From: the human T2T-CHM13v2.0 reference genome, Homo sapiens
Assembly: GCF_009914755.1 (NCBI RefSeq)
Contig: NC_060927.1
Strand: one strand, 5' to 3'
DNA: 64,000 nt
How positions within the stretch are numbered: the first letter of the stretch is position 1; each line of letters opens with the position of its first letter. Below the pieces are notes generated by a model. The model did no database searches and was not told the origin of the DNA. It worked only from the letters and a program-made list of their open reading frames with translations. Shown in pieces: positions 1 to 17,700 of this stretch. The translations under genes and the position numbers were made by a program.

Positions 1-58
1 GGTAGAAAAACAAAAACACCGAAAAGCCCACGCCGGCCGCTCTGACCGGCCGACACGC

Positions 59-700
59 TCACTTGCGGCCCTTGGGCACTTTGGGGACGCTGGGCTTGGC
101 CGCCTTCTTCACCTTCTTGCCCCCGGCGGCCGCCGTCTTCTTGGCCTTGCCGCCTTTGTCCTTCTTGGCGCCAGCGCCCTTCTTGTGCGAGCGCTGCTCC
201 GGCTTCTGGCCCCTGGCGGGCTTCTTGTCCGCGCGCCGGGAGCCGGCCGCGCCCGGGGCTGCCTTCTTCGCTTTGTGCGCGGTGGGGGCCGGGGCGGTGG
301 CGGCCGCCGGGGCTCCGCGCCGCTCCCCGCCGCCCTCCAGCTTCTTGCGGTTGAGCTTGAAGGAACCGTTGGCGCCGGTGCCCTTCACCTGCAGAAGCGT
401 GTCGTTCTGCACCAGCGCCTTGATCGAGTACTTGAGGTAGGTGCGCCCATTCTGCTGGTCGAACCACGGAACCTTCTTGGCCTCGGTGTAGATCTTGGCC
501 AGCGACGAGCCGTTGCGCTCGCCCAGCCTACGGATGGTCTCCACCACCAGCTGGCTGTACTTGCCCGGCTGGTTCTTCTTCTTGCTATTCTTCCTCTTCT
601 TAGATGGGGACAACGCCGCCGAGCCGCCAGCCTTGGTCACCTTCTTGGCCATTCCCTCGGCGGTCGTCACTGGCAGGGCCTCCTCGAGCTCCACGGACAT
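59..700 (-). CDS. H1-10: Linker histone H1.10 (H1x), 213 aa, intronless CDS
   Basis: ATG at 700-698 (gctaccATGt), TGA at 61-59. Protein [16 protein letters not shown]..., winged-helix globular domain ([25 protein letters not shown]...[14 protein letters not shown]) and Lys/Ala/Pro-rich tail match human H1FX. Confidence 0.98.
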
Positions 701-1108
701 GGTAGCAAGAGGATTGGTGGCGGGCGGCGCGCGGAAGCCGGGGGGCCGCGCCGGGAAGAGGAAGGCGAGGGGCCGAGGGGGTGCAGGGGGGCTGGGGGCG
801 CGCGGCGGCTCCAGGCGGGAGCGGCCGCGGCCGGGCCTGGGGCCGGGCGGCAGGGCTGGGGTGGGGGCCGGGCCGGGCCGGAGCGAGGGTTGGGGGGCCC
901 GGAGCCGGGGCCGGACTAGGGGACCGAGTTGGGGGTCAGAGACCGAGTCCGAGCCGGCGGCTGGAGCTGGGGACGTAGACCTAGGTCGAGCCGGAGCGAA
1001 GAGAAATCCCGCCGAACGCGAGACACCGCCGCCGCAGCTTCCACTGGCGCCTCTGGAACTCGCTGGGCGTGCGCGCTGCGCTCTGGCGGGAGGGCGCTTC
1101 TCTCGGCT

Positions 1109-1115
1109 TTTTATA
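1109..1115 (-). promoter_or_regulatory. TATA box of H1-10 (TATAAAA); inferred TSS ~1080-1090
   Basis: Minus strand reads gcTATAAAAagc inside an otherwise GC-rich island. Confidence 0.75.
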
Positions 1116-1124
1116 GCTTCATGG

Positions 1125-1140
1125 CGGACCACGTTGAGAA
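1125..1140 (-). promoter_or_regulatory. H4 site II-like (HINFP-type) element
   Basis: Minus strand ttctcaacgtGGTCCG just upstream of TATA resembles the H4 site II core (TCAAnnnGGTCCG) also seen in the H1.0 promoter. Confidence 0.6.
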
Positions 1141-1173
1141 CAACAACAGCCTGGTCCGGGGCCAGCGCCAACT

Positions 1174-1180
1174 TGTGCTT
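1174..1180 (-). promoter_or_regulatory. H1 box / AC box variant (AAGCACA)
   Basis: Minus strand aagAAGCACAa is one mismatch from AAACACA, ~90 bp upstream of the inferred TSS. Confidence 0.55.
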
Positions 1181-1527
1181 CTTGGAGCCCCTTCTCCGGC
1201 CGCTGGCTTCTCGGACCGCGCCTCTCCAGCGCCGCCGCGCCCGCAGCGGGGCGCCCCGGACAGGGCCTGAGCTCCCGGCGCAGTGGAGAGGCGACTTGCG
1301 TCCTGGAAGGGCTCAGCAAAGGCGAACGGAGAGGTGCACCCTAGGCTGCGGGAGCGCGAGAGGAGGGGGGCACCTCGTTTGGAGGCCAATAGCGCGGGCC
1401 CCAGAGGAGGCCCCACGGCCGGGAGCTTGGCGGCCGGCAGCCCAGAGAACGCCACGGGCACCCGAGCCTTGTCCCGGCCCGGGGGGCTCCAGGCCTGCCC
1501 GCAAGAGGAGCTTTAATTTGTCCAAAC

Positions 1528-1534
1528 TAACACA
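1528..1534 (-). promoter_or_regulatory. H1 TG box (TGTGTTA)
   Basis: Perfect TGTGTTA on the minus strand at about -445, exactly 354 bp from the AC-box variant. Confidence 0.65.
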
Positions 1535-3109
1535 GGGCGCGCCCTCACGTGGTCGGCTGGGGCAACGTGAACTGCGCTAGGACATCCTCGGGGGTTTTCC
1601 GCCCCATCCAAAGGGGATGGCGGATGGGAGGCACTCTCCAGCTGCACCCCGGGTTCTGGTTGTGCCTCTGGGAGCCTAGGCACAACCCGGGGAATGGAGG
1701 ACTACGGCAGGACCTCTCTAGGGACACTGCCTCGCCGCTCCCCCCACCCTGTTGCCGCTGATGTTCCCAGGGCCTCATTTTGTAATCCACAAGTAGCTGC
1801 CGCCGGTCCCCCCAAAGCCAAATGGGGGCTCCAGGGTGGGACAGGGTGGGCGGGGGTGAGGCTGTGACACCCAGAGGAATTCCTGTGAGAGGATGGGGAA
1901 GGGATTCGCTCTTAGTTCCTGGGTGCACCCCTCCCCCTCTCCCGTGCACAGGGAAATGATGGCGGGAACACAGCAAAGGAGACCATGTCCTGGAGAGGGT
2001 CCCGGGCCCCACCCTCCCCGGGGGGGCTTGTGCAAGGCTGGCGGCCCGATCTCTGCTGATTCCAGTATTGGGGGTGCAGAGAAGGCACAGGACAGTTTTT
2101 GTTGAAGCCGTTGCAGCCTCCACTTGGGGAAGCTGAGGCCAGGGTAAGATGCTCGGGTAGGAGAGGGGATCCCTTTGGGGGTAGGTGATGTAGGGCACAG
2201 GAGTGGGGCTGGGGCTGGGGGGTGGCAGGGTTGCAGGCAGGAGACAGTCTCCAGAGGCCCAGCATAGAAAAGCGATGGAGGGGTGAGGGGGGACAGGACG
2301 CTGGCGAATTGGGGTTCCCAGAGTGAGAGACAGGAACATTTACAGGTGGACAGAGTAAAAGGCCCTGAAAAGGGGGTGGGTTGGTGCATTTGTGGCCTTG
2401 GGCCCAAGCAGGCTTCTCTGGGTGAGGGCTAGCAGCACCTCCCCTCTTCTCCAGCTCACCCCTTTCACACACACACACGCCCCCCATTTTGTCACCCTGT
2501 CAAGGGAATAAACCCCAGAGAGGAAGAAATTATGTCTAGGAGGAAACGGTGAGCCTGGATGGGTTTTTTAGGGGGGAGGCTGGCAGGGGCATGGAGCCAG
2601 GAAACAGCCTTCGCCCCCCAGAGCACCAGGTACCCTGAGAAAAGTGAGAAGAGAGATTGCAGCCCAGGTCCCTGCAGAGGAGGATGGGCTCCTTTCCCAG
2701 GAAGGACTGGCTGAGTGGACTGTCTCCAGGGCACAGGACAACGTTGAGGGCCTGAGGCCTCCACCTTCTTGAAGAAGGACCATGTGAATTTCCTGACAGA
2801 GAACGGGGATGGGTTTCTGAAAGCACCACCCAGCTGAGCCTGCCGAAACTGCACAGCTGTTTCCAGGCCAGGCTGGCTGCATGGAGGACGTGAGAGGAAC
2901 AGCCAGCTGTGTGTGCTGGGCCCACTGATCAGGGTGCTCAGGACCAGGAGCCTTCTGAGGATGTGCAGAGGGGACTCTGGGGAGAGGAACATGGTGGCCA
3001 CAGCTGGAGTGACCGCAGTGTACAGAGATGGGATGGGAGCAGGAAACCCAAAAGAGCCGGCCCTGGAACCAGGTGGAGGGGAGGCAGCCCGGCCATGACC
3101 CAGAGCAGG

Positions 3110-3517
3110 TGATATGATTTGGATCTGTGTTCCCACCCAAATTTTAGGTTCAGTTTTAATCCTCAGTGTTGGAGGTGGGTCCTGGTGGGAGGTGATCAGA
3201 TCATGGGAGTGGATTCTAATGGTTTAGCACCATTCCCTCGGTGATGTCCTCATGATGGTGAGCTATCATGAGATCTGGTTGTTTGAAAGCGTGTTGCACC
3301 TCCCCTGACTCCCTCTCTTGGTCCCGCCCCTGCCATGTAGGACACCTGCTCCACTTCACCTTTTGCCATGAGTAAAAGCTCCCTGAGGCCTCCCAAGAAG
3401 TTGATGCCCTGTGCTTCCTGTACAGCTGCGGAACCGTGAGCCAATTAAACCTCTTATCTTTGTAAATTACCCAGTCTCAGGTAGTTCTTTATAGCTTTGT
3501 GAGAATGGACTAATACA
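3110..3517 (+). mobile_element. MST-type (ERVL-MaLR) solo LTR
   Basis: Starts tgatatgatttggatctgtgttcccacccaaa, contains gagccaattaaacctctt, ends gactaataca. Confidence 0.85.
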
Positions 3518-5534
3518 AGGGGCTTGAGCTTGGGTCTTTTGAAAAGTTAAAGGGTGAGCAGAAGCGATACCCCTGAAGGAGTCCCAGCCATGGGCAACAG
3601 GGCCATCGCTTGGCCTTTTGTGCAGCCACCGCAGGGGGGAGGAGTGGCATGCTGGACATGCCACTCTGGAGCTGGCTGCAGCCACAGGCTGGGCCAGGGA
3701 CACTCCTGGGTCATCTGTGCTGGAGGAAGGGGATGCTCTAGTGGAGACAAAGGGACAGGGTCACGGAGGAAGGCGGGACCCAGGTGTGGCCTCCTTCATG
3801 ACATCTGAGGAGAGGAGATTCGAGAGAGGAGGGCTGGGCACCGCAGCCAGTACAGCCACTCACAAAGTAGAGCCGCAGTCCGGGCACTGAGGAGAGCGGC
3901 CAGGCTCGCAGCCACGGTGCCCCGGGGGACCTGGCTGGGACTGCAGGGGAGAAGCAGTCAACACAGGGCTGGAGCCCTGTGGGCAGGGCAGTGCTGTCCA
4001 GTCCCGGGGGGAGGACACGGAGGATGCAGCTCAGACCCCACACCAGCCTTGGTGGGCACACGGGCTGGGGGCCGGCTCCTCAGCCTGTGAGGGGAGCGGG
4101 GCTTTTGTCAAGAGGGAGGCTGCCTGTGGCGCAGGGCTCAGAAGACTAATTCTAGACTTTGGGAGCTGGCATAGACTAAGTGGGATCTTCCACTTGCCCT
4201 CATGATATGGTAGAGGCAACTGAGGCTTGAGGAGGGGGTTAGCCAGGAGACCAGGACTCAGGCTGGGGTCTTGCAGCCTTCAGGGTGCCTCTTACCCCCA
4301 CACTGCTGGTCATCCCTTCTGCATTACCCCACCAAGGAAACTGTAGGTGGGGAAGGTCCCAGGTCCTCAACCAAAAAAAATGGCCAAATATGAGAAAAGG
4401 AGCTTCTGGAAGTGGCCAGGGCCTAGCAGAGACCAGGGCAAGACCATGTGCCCAGCACCTGAGTCGCGCCCTTCCCTGGGCCTGGCCAGTCTGGAGGAGG
4501 CTCTGGCTTGTGAGCAGTGGGGTTTCTGGGGTCGGAATCTGGAAGGGGCTCTGTGGCTGCTGGGCTCTCTCTCTCCTCCTTATCTAGGGGATTGTTCAGT
4601 CCTGGGGCTGCAAACACCACCAGTACCCTGATGATGCAGTTCATTTCCCTAGCCCGAGGTCAGCCTCTCTCCCGTGCAGACCCCAGCATCCCGCTCCTCT
4701 TGCCACCCTCACCTGGAGCCTGGGTGTGGCCAACACAGACCCTGCTCCTCCCAAACTTTTGCCAGTGATTCTGCCCAGAGACAGGGACTGCTCCCTGATT
4801 TCCCTACTCTCTTCCAACCCATGGCTTCCTCCCCATCTACCCCAGAACTGGTCCCACAGCTGCCGAGCCCCCACCCTCTCTACCCTTTCCACCCAGCCTC
4901 CTGTTCTGTCCGCACAGCCCCAACACAGAAGTCTGAGTGGTGGGTCCTGGCTCTGCCAGAAGGTCTCTAATGGCTTCTCACCAGACGTAGGGTAAAGTCT
5001 CCCAATGCCTTTGCCACTGGCCCCTACCAAGGCTCTGACCGCAGCTCCCCAGCTGAGCACTCAGCCTCATAGCCTTTTTTGCTGCCCACACATACCCAGA
5101 GGGTTCTCAGGACCTGGGACTTGCTGGGGTGGCCCCATGGCTGGCTCCTTCCCTGGCCGGCCTCCCTAGACCCCTCCCTAGGGCTCCTACCAGAGCACCC
5201 TCCCTGCCTGGCTCACAGCCCCTGCCATCTAGTATGTCCGTTGAGTTGTGGGCTGTGAGCTAAGTGCAGGGTGGGGGAGGTCATGCTCCTAGCTGTACCA
5301 AGGCGGGGTGGACACAGTGCGCTCCCGACACAGACACACCTGCAGCAGCAGCGGATGGGAGGATGGGGGTCAGGAGCTCCTGGCTGGGCTCTGACCCGGG
5401 CTGTCCTTCAAACGCTGGGTGTGATCCCTTCCCCACCACCACTGCCCAGCCTCAGTCTCCCAGTTTGTATAAAGGGGCTGGATGTATGGAGTCTGAATGA
5501 TCCAGCTCGACAGTCTGATTCTGGGCTTCCAGAC

Positions 5535-6600
5535 ACACACTCACCATTCACACCTACAGTTCACACACACAGACACCTACTCACTCACACTCAGATTTAC
5601 CTTCACACACGCTCACCATTCACAGCCACAGTTCACACCCACAGACACCTACTCACACATATTTACCCTCACACATGCTCACCATTCACACCCACACTTC
5701 ACACTCACACTGATACCTACTCAGTCATGCTCACACACACTCACACCATTTACACTTACAGTTGACACACGTACACATCACCTACTCACACACAATTTAC
5801 CCTCCTACTCACATGCTCACACACCATTCACATAGTTCACATTCATACACACACCTACGCATCCATTCACACATATATGCACACACACTCATACCCACAC
5901 ATTTATCCTCACACATACCATTCACACCCACAGGTTCACACACATTCACCTACTCACACCTGTCATCCTCTCATTCACATGCTCACAAAATGGTCACACA
6001 GTTTACCCCTCACACCCACACACTAACCCATTCACACTCACAGATTCGTACACATACACCTACTCAGACACATCATCCACCCATTCACGTGCTCACACAC
6101 ACATGTTCACACAGGCATGTGCCCTTCACACTCATAAGCTCACCATCACATACCCTTCACACCCACAGGTTCACACACGCATTCACATGCTCCCACTCAC
6201 TTCCCTCACACACATATGCTCACTGATTTACACAGCCACTCGCACTTATACATACTCGCTCACATTCACACAGGCTCACCCATTCACACACACTCGACAC
6301 ATTTACCCTCACATTCACCCACTCACCATTCCCACTCACCAGTTCACATGCACTCACCCAAGCTCACACTTGACCACGGACACACCCTCAAACATAGGTG
6401 CTTACACACAAGCCAACACACACTCACCTAGCCATTCATACTCACGTGCACCTATACCTTCACACACATCCTCACATACCCACACAGCTCTACACATACC
6501 CACTTTCTTACACATTCACACACATACCTATAGACACATTCAAACACACCCATTCTCACATCCTCAAAAACACCTGTGGCCACTTACTCACTCACACACA
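5535..6600 (+). repeat. Degenerate (CA)-rich low-complexity tract, ~1.07 kb
   Basis: Continuous cacac/ctcac/cattcac motifs. Confidence 0.95.
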
Positions 6601-7449
6601 AGGTCGATGCCAACTGCAGGGAAAAACGTGGTGTCAGCCAGGGTCTGGCTGGAGGCTCCCCCTGCCCTCGCCCTCTCTGTCCTGTCTTGTTTCTGCCCTC
6701 ATGTTCTGGGGACCTCGAGACTGACACACACAAACACACATGCCCATGACAGAGGCCCCAGAATCTGGTGGCACCTCGCAAAGCTCAGGCTGCAGTGGGC
6801 AGAACCCCTGGCCACCGAGCCAGCTGCAGGGCGCTGCCTCCCTGACCAGACACAAGCTCCCAGCACACACCCCTGCCCACTCCTCATCATCTGCTGGGAG
6901 GTCAGCGACCGCACCTCTGCTCCCAGACCAGAGGAAACAACCCTAGAACCCAAGGGGCCAGGACGGTGACACATCTGAGCAGAGAGCCAGTGCCAGTGCA
7001 TAGAAAGGACACCTGTCACCACTCCATGGGACAGCAGGACTGATGTGCCCTGCACTGACCACGAGGACTCGAGCCCTGTCTAACGCGAGTCCTGCTGGCT
7101 AATGCCACGTGCAGGCAGGAAGATCAAAGCAGTGACACGTCCCATGTGATGGGGTTGGAGATACTTATGCCTTGAATTTGAATGTTTTCTCTAAGAGCAT
7201 ATATCTATATATCTATATCTATATACAGATATATATAGCTTTCAAAACATAACTTTTAGAAAAAGAAATGTTAATGAAATTCAAATCTGTATTCCAGAAT
7301 ATTCCAGAATTTATTGTATTTTCTTTTCTCTATTTTTTCACTATTGGTTTTTGTTGGGCTTTTTCCTGATTACAAAAAATGCATTGCTATGATGGAAACC
7401 TCAGGAAATAACAGAAATCATAAAGACTGTGATTTAAAGTAGGCCACTA

Positions 7450-7793
<344 letters not shown>

Positions 7794-7796
7794 CTA

Positions 7797-10249
<2,453 letters not shown>

Positions 10250-10330
10250 TCAGGCCTCAGGGGCAGCAGGGTGGAGGAGGATGGGACCACCACCCTCAGC
10301 ACAGGGGCCCTCAGCATCCACATGGGAAGC

Positions 10331-10423
10331 CCCACTCCACCCACCTGTAGGCCCCACACCACCCACCTGCAGGCCCCACACCACTTACCTGGAGGCCCCA
10401 CACCACCCACCTAGGGGCCCCAC
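10331..10423 (+). repeat. ~21-22 bp minisatellite (ggccccacaccacccacct), 4-5 copies
   Basis: Tandem imperfect copies are visible directly. Confidence 0.8.
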
Positions 10424-12075
10424 AATTATGGCGCTGGCCTCCTCCACAGAGAGGGACCTGTTGCTGAGGAACAGATGCCTGATGCCGCCTTCAGCCTTGA
10501 GTCCTGAGCTGACCTCCCGAGGACCAAACCTGGACTCATCCCATTCTATCTGAACAAGGCTCCTTCAAACTTGTTCCTGTTCCTCAGTGGGTCTACACTC
10601 AGAATCCTAGCAGCTCTGTCCTTAACACACAGCAGGTCTATGCTCTGAAGTGATAATAGGTCTATAGTGTTCACAGTAGAACTAGTCTGAACCTTCAGGG
10701 GGTCTGTGCTCTGAGGAGGGATGGACATAGACTCCAAGAAAGTGATGATTCTGGAAAAGGAACGCGTTGTTAAAGTTTGTTGATCAAACCCAGACACAAG
10801 GTCTGTCAGAATCTACCACAGCATTCCCTATCAGCCCCTCCCACTGGGGCCAACGCTGAAGAAATAAGGGGTGTCCCGTTAGTCAGGGCTGGGGCTACCT
10901 AGAGACATGTCCCTGCAGCTTCCTACATCAGATCTGCCCATGTCCTTGTGAAAAATGCAGATGCTTGGCCCCTGGCCCAGGCTGTGTCTGCAAGAAGCCT
11001 GGGAAACTCCATTTTATCCACCTGCATACGTGATGGAAACACTGACATGCAAGACCAGCCGCTGAGTCCACACAGGAACAATGAGGCCTGAGAGATGAGG
11101 CAACAGGCCCAAGAACACAGCCCAGCCGAGGCCGGACCAGCAGCGCCCTCGCCTCCCTGAGGCTGCCTGCTCCTGTCCCACCTCCCTGGCCTACCACCCA
11201 GCTCTGGGGAACGATTCTCCATGACTGGTCCCCTAGCCCTGGGGACCGGACGGCACCACGTCTCACTCTCCCCAGATCCCAGCTTGGGGAGATGTCGGGG
11301 ACGTGGTGTAGCATGGAGTGTGGGCTGCTGGGCAGGCTGACTTCAGGGATCCTTCCCACGCAGCCTCCCACTTCAGCCTGCATTTACAAACGAGCCCACT
11401 GTTCCCCTGCACAAGAGCAATCTGCCGCCATGCTTCCATCTCCCCAGCATCTGCCGGTGCCGGGCCACGCCGTAATTTATTTCCTCGCCTGGTTACTCTA
11501 GGTGTCACATGTCAAATTGACCACAAATCCAGGACAATCCAGCTCCAACCTGCCTTGGTGTCTGGGATTTCTGTTATCATTCGGCTCAGGTGCAGAGCTG
11601 CCTGGAAGCTTGGGGGGCCTGACATGGCAGGGGACGGGGCTGTCAGAAGGGGACAGGGAACCAGCATCCCCTCAACATCCAACATGCGCCAGGCCCAGAG
11701 AGGGGCCCTGAGCGGATCAATCTGCCGAGCTGGGCATGGGATCCCCTCCAGCTCTGTTTCCCAGGGCAGGAGGCTGAGGCTCAGGTGGGTAACGTTCCCT
11801 GGCTAAGGCCACAGGCAGGAAGTGACAAGGCCAGGACTGGAATCCAGGTCTCTGACTCTCTGGCTCGTGGTCATAGTTTTACAAAACACCAGAAACTGCA
11901 GAGCTGGTCCAGAAAGCTCTGCCTCCAGGAGGGCGACTCAGCTCTCAAAGGCATCAGGACGTGAGGACGTCTGCCTGGAGTCACCGTGAGCTGAGTTCTG
12001 GAGAAGGTTGTGATGGAGGAACCACCACGTCCCCATCATCCCCTACGGCCCAGAGCTGGACTTTAATGGCGTAAT

Positions 12076-12354
<279 letters not shown>

Positions 12355-12669
12355 TTATAATTACAAAGGGGTGAGAAGGTGACTTCCCCAGATCAGAAGC
12401 AAGTGGAAGAATGGAGTCTCACTTCGGTGATATTCCTGCCAAAGACGCAGTGCTCAGAGCCTGGCCATGAGGGAACAGCAGATAAACCCAAAATGAGAGC
12501 TGCTCTACAGATAACCAGACTGTCCTCTTCACAAGTGTCACGGTGTCCAAAGTCAAAGCCCAGGAGGCTGTCCCGGGCTGACAGAGACTAAGAGAAACAG
12601 GACACATGCGGCAGGTGACTCAGGGCTGGGGTTTTTCTTTTTGCTGAAAGGGATAAAACTGGGACAAAT

Positions 12670-13270
<601 letters not shown>

Positions 13271-13637
13271 CCGAGACAAATGAGCAAACTCGAATGAGGT
13301 CTGAAGATGGTCGGCATCAGTGTTCGTTTCCTAGCACCATAACTGCACGGTGGCCATGCAGGACAACGTCACTAATGGTCGTAAAGCACTTGAAAATCAT
13401 CAGGGTGATGGGACATGAGGCTGGCAACCGGCTTTCAGGTGAGTGAGGGAAACCTCTTTTTGGACTGCGCTGGCAGATTTTCTACAGGCCTGAAGTTTCT
13501 GCAAAAGGAGACTCAAACATGAAAATGAAACTTTAAAAAAAGGCATCGTGCTCTTTAAAAATCACATAGCAAAACTAGAGGCAAGCAGCACAGTCAGACC
13601 TGGGGCCTGCACCAGCGCCGGCCAAGGACCGGTGTAG

Positions 13638-14053
<416 letters not shown>

Positions 14054-14463
14054 AAACTGCTCATTTTCTAACTACACGTAAATAGCCCTGGGGCCCGTGG
14101 CTCCCACATGAGAGTGCAGATCCACATGGATCTGAGTTCAGACTCCAGCTCTGCCCTCCCCGAGCTCAGACAAGCGGCTTGGCCTCTTCAGGTCTCAGCC
14201 TCTACGACTACTCAATGGAGAGCACAGTGGTGTGCAAGCTCACGTGGCTGCTGGGAGGATAACACAGGTCAAGAAGTTTAAGGCATCCATCTCACAATGG
14301 GTCTGTCTACACCACTGTGGGCGACTTAGCCTGTTACACCTGAGACCGGCGGGCACAGCTGGCCCATGCCCCAGCAGAAACCTGGCTGCCCTTTAACTGG
14401 TCCCCCAGTTACGAGGACAGAACATGAAGGTTCTGCTCCAAGTCCTGAAAGTACAGAGGGAGG

Positions 14464-14763
<300 letters not shown>

Positions 14764-17700
14764 GTACAGAGGGAGAGGGCCGACTTCTCACCCAGCACCC
14801 CGCACTCACTAGATGGACTTTGCCTCCAAGATCAGGTATCTGCCTGTGAGAGAGTTGTGTCTCACCAGATTCCTTCCCCTGGAGGTCAACACCCAAAAGT
14901 CAAACCAAAATCTTTTGTGTATCATTCCCAAGAGGTGAAACATAATCAAAGGCTCTGAAGTTTGCTGTGGCAAAGGCAGGAAAGATCTGGTGCTTTGAGA
15001 AAGACCATCTTTAAATACTATGATGGCAAACACAGCACACTCAGAGCCCAGAGGCACCATCTCTGTATGCCGTTAAAATACAAAAAGAACAAATCAGATT
15101 TTACACATTTATTTCTGATTTCACAGCTCCCTTCCAAGGCTTCATAGCCTCAAGTGTAACCCTCGTGCTCCCCAGCAGCCTCTCCCATTGGGTCCTACCT
15201 GGAGTGGAGTCCCCTACCTCCCGTCTTCATCCTCACTGCTGCGTGCACCACATGGTGTCCAGGGGCCACAAACATCAGCAAGAAGGGTATTCCAGAGAGT
15301 GACTCACCCATCCCTCCTACTCCATTGAGGTCACATTAGATGACACAAGATCATGCTTCTCTGTCCTCTGGGCTCTCTTACCCTCCCTGGGCTCTATGGA
15401 GTTCGAGACCATCAATGAGGCGTTGCTGACAATTGTAAACCATCAAGTGAGAAGGTCTCCTTTCCTCCTCTCACTTCCCCATTTTTGCCTTAATGTTACA
15501 GCTCTCGCTACAGACTTACCTACCTGGAATTCTAACCGTGATGGAAACATTGTGAGGTAGATGAGCTCATTCAACAGACCTGGGCTGGGCTCAGAACAGC
15601 TACCCAAGTGTTCTGTGCAGAGGGAAATGCTCTCTGTGCTGTTGAGTGCTATGGTCAGTGGCAAATAACTCCTAGGGACACATGAAATGTGGCTGTTGAA
15701 CACAGTGTTTTCTTGCACTCTAATTAATTGAATGGATTAATTAAGTTAGTAATAAGGAGCACCTCCCGGTAGTGACTGCCACACAGAAGAGCGCAGCTTC
15801 AGAGATATAAAGATGAAGAAGACATGATTCTTCTACCCTGGTGTTTCCTTGCAGAGTAGGTGTCTGCTCTGATCCAATCATCCATTTATGGGAGCTTCCT
15901 GGGCACAGGTACAGGGGCCAGGCCCTCTGTGAGGCCTGGGGATGCTGCAACGGGGAGGACAGCATCCAGGTCGAGGGTTCCCAGCAGGGGCTGCACTTGT
16001 ACACAGAGGTGAAAAGCACGGACCAGCAAACCCTGTCCAGACAGGATCAGAGCAGCAGGGACAGAGGGGATGGGGACAACTTACTGTCTTCAGGAGCCCA
16101 CGCTCATCTCCTCTGACCCTGGATCAGAGCCCGAGAAAGCACCTGGATTAGTGTGGGGCCCAACAGGCTAGACAGGGTGAGGATGAAACCCTTCCATGCC
16201 TGAGCTAGATCTCAGCCCAGCGATGTGCTTATCAGAACCTCTGGGAGGACTAAGTTGGGCTGCCCAGGGCTGAGCTCTGGGATGACAAGGAATGAGGAGG
16301 CCTCAGTTCTTGCCCTGGCAGTGACCAGCCATGGCTAGGATTCACTCTTGCTTAGATGGAGCACAGAAATCACTGTGCAAATGGCTGTGGCTGGATTCAG
16401 GTGATGATGGCGTGCTGACTCTTCTGAACTTTAAAACCCTGGAATCCATCCTCCCCCTCCCATCCACACATGGCCTGGACACTCTTGTGACTTCCCTCAG
16501 CCCCTCTGTACTCCTCCCTCTTCAGGTCCAGCCCAGGGCCCTGAGCCCTGCCTTCTCCCATGGAGTCCATGGGCGGCTGTCTCGGAACTCCTAGAGCTCT
16601 TGGTCTTGGTGTCACTCATTTGAACATTTAATCCCTCACAGCAGATGTCTCTTCAGGCACCACTGGGAAACTGTTCTAGACAGTGAAGGTTCTTGGAGAA
16701 TCTTAGTACGAGAAACATGTTCCTTCTGGGGAAAGTGATATTTTTTCTAAATTGAGCAGTCTCACTTATTTTTGTTTTGTGGAGAAAAATTTTGACACCC
16801 ACAGAGCAAGCAGATTCTATTAAAACAAACTGTGTCACACAGTAATTCATCATCAAAGGGATTCTGAAGCCATGATTTTGCCTCATGTGATATTTTGTGC
16901 TTACTTCAACAAACACCTTGACTTGTTTCCTTGAAAAGGAGTTCAGAAGCAACAAGAACCTATTTCAATTAGTGGGTCCTACCAGGCCGAGTGGGGATCG
17001 CCCTGCAACCCCCGTGGCTGAGTTTATCTTTCTCCACCTTGCAATGCACACCCTACTGTGTCCTCCTCCTAGGAAGGAAGCCACGTCTCCACCCTGAGGC
17101 TGGGTCCCTGAAGAAGCCCCTTGTTTCTCCTTCATTCTATAGTGTGTGTTGCTCCACCACCCAGAAGCCATGATTGGTGTAAGTAACGGGAGAGATTATG
17201 CACATGGAAATGGAATTACCTATTTTCGGCCACATTATCTGAAGTGGAATAGTAGACCTCAGTTGAGAAAGCTGGAGGGAAATTGCCCCAGTTTGTCTAG
17301 AGTCTCCTCGTTTCTCGGAGTCCTCCCAGAACTAAGTGAGGGGCTTACTGTAGAAAGAGGCCCAGCCTGGCAGTCCTTGTGTTTACGATGGGGAGGGTTA
17401 ATTCTGAGGCTTCCTGTAATAAAAAGGCTTGGGGAATGTGGAGACGTATAAGGATGAAGCATCAATGGGGAGACTCCTCCTCCTTGAAATCCTAAAGTGT
17501 TTGAGGAGCAAGGACTCTGGGGTTCCTGCAGTTTCTGTCTTGGCAAGTGTTCCACACAGAGGGGCTCAGGAACAGGATTAAAATCCCAGTTGATGCCAAA
17601 CTCATAGTAGAAGCTTAGAGTCTCTCCCAGGAAGTAGATAGAGGTGGGAAGAAAGTGCATGGGATTCGGAATCAAAGGGTTAATCTAAACCTGTCACCTA

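Larger units (their letters stand above)
1..1750. promoter_or_regulatory. CpG island covering the H1-10 gene body and promoter
   Basis: Very high GC and dense, undepleted CpG to ~1750, compared with CpG-depleted flanks. Confidence 0.9.

Noticed and set aside
59-1171. 370-aa ORF as the H1-10 product
   Set aside because: It starts at a TTG upstream of the TATA box; the known 213-aa protein starts at ATG 700.
63-1580. Plus-strand ORFs of 125, 244 and 361 aa over H1-10
   Set aside because: Antisense shadow frames in a GC-rich island with non-ATG starts and no recognisable domain.
5271-6969. His/Thr-rich ORFs
   Set aside because: Translations of the CA-rich low-complexity tract.
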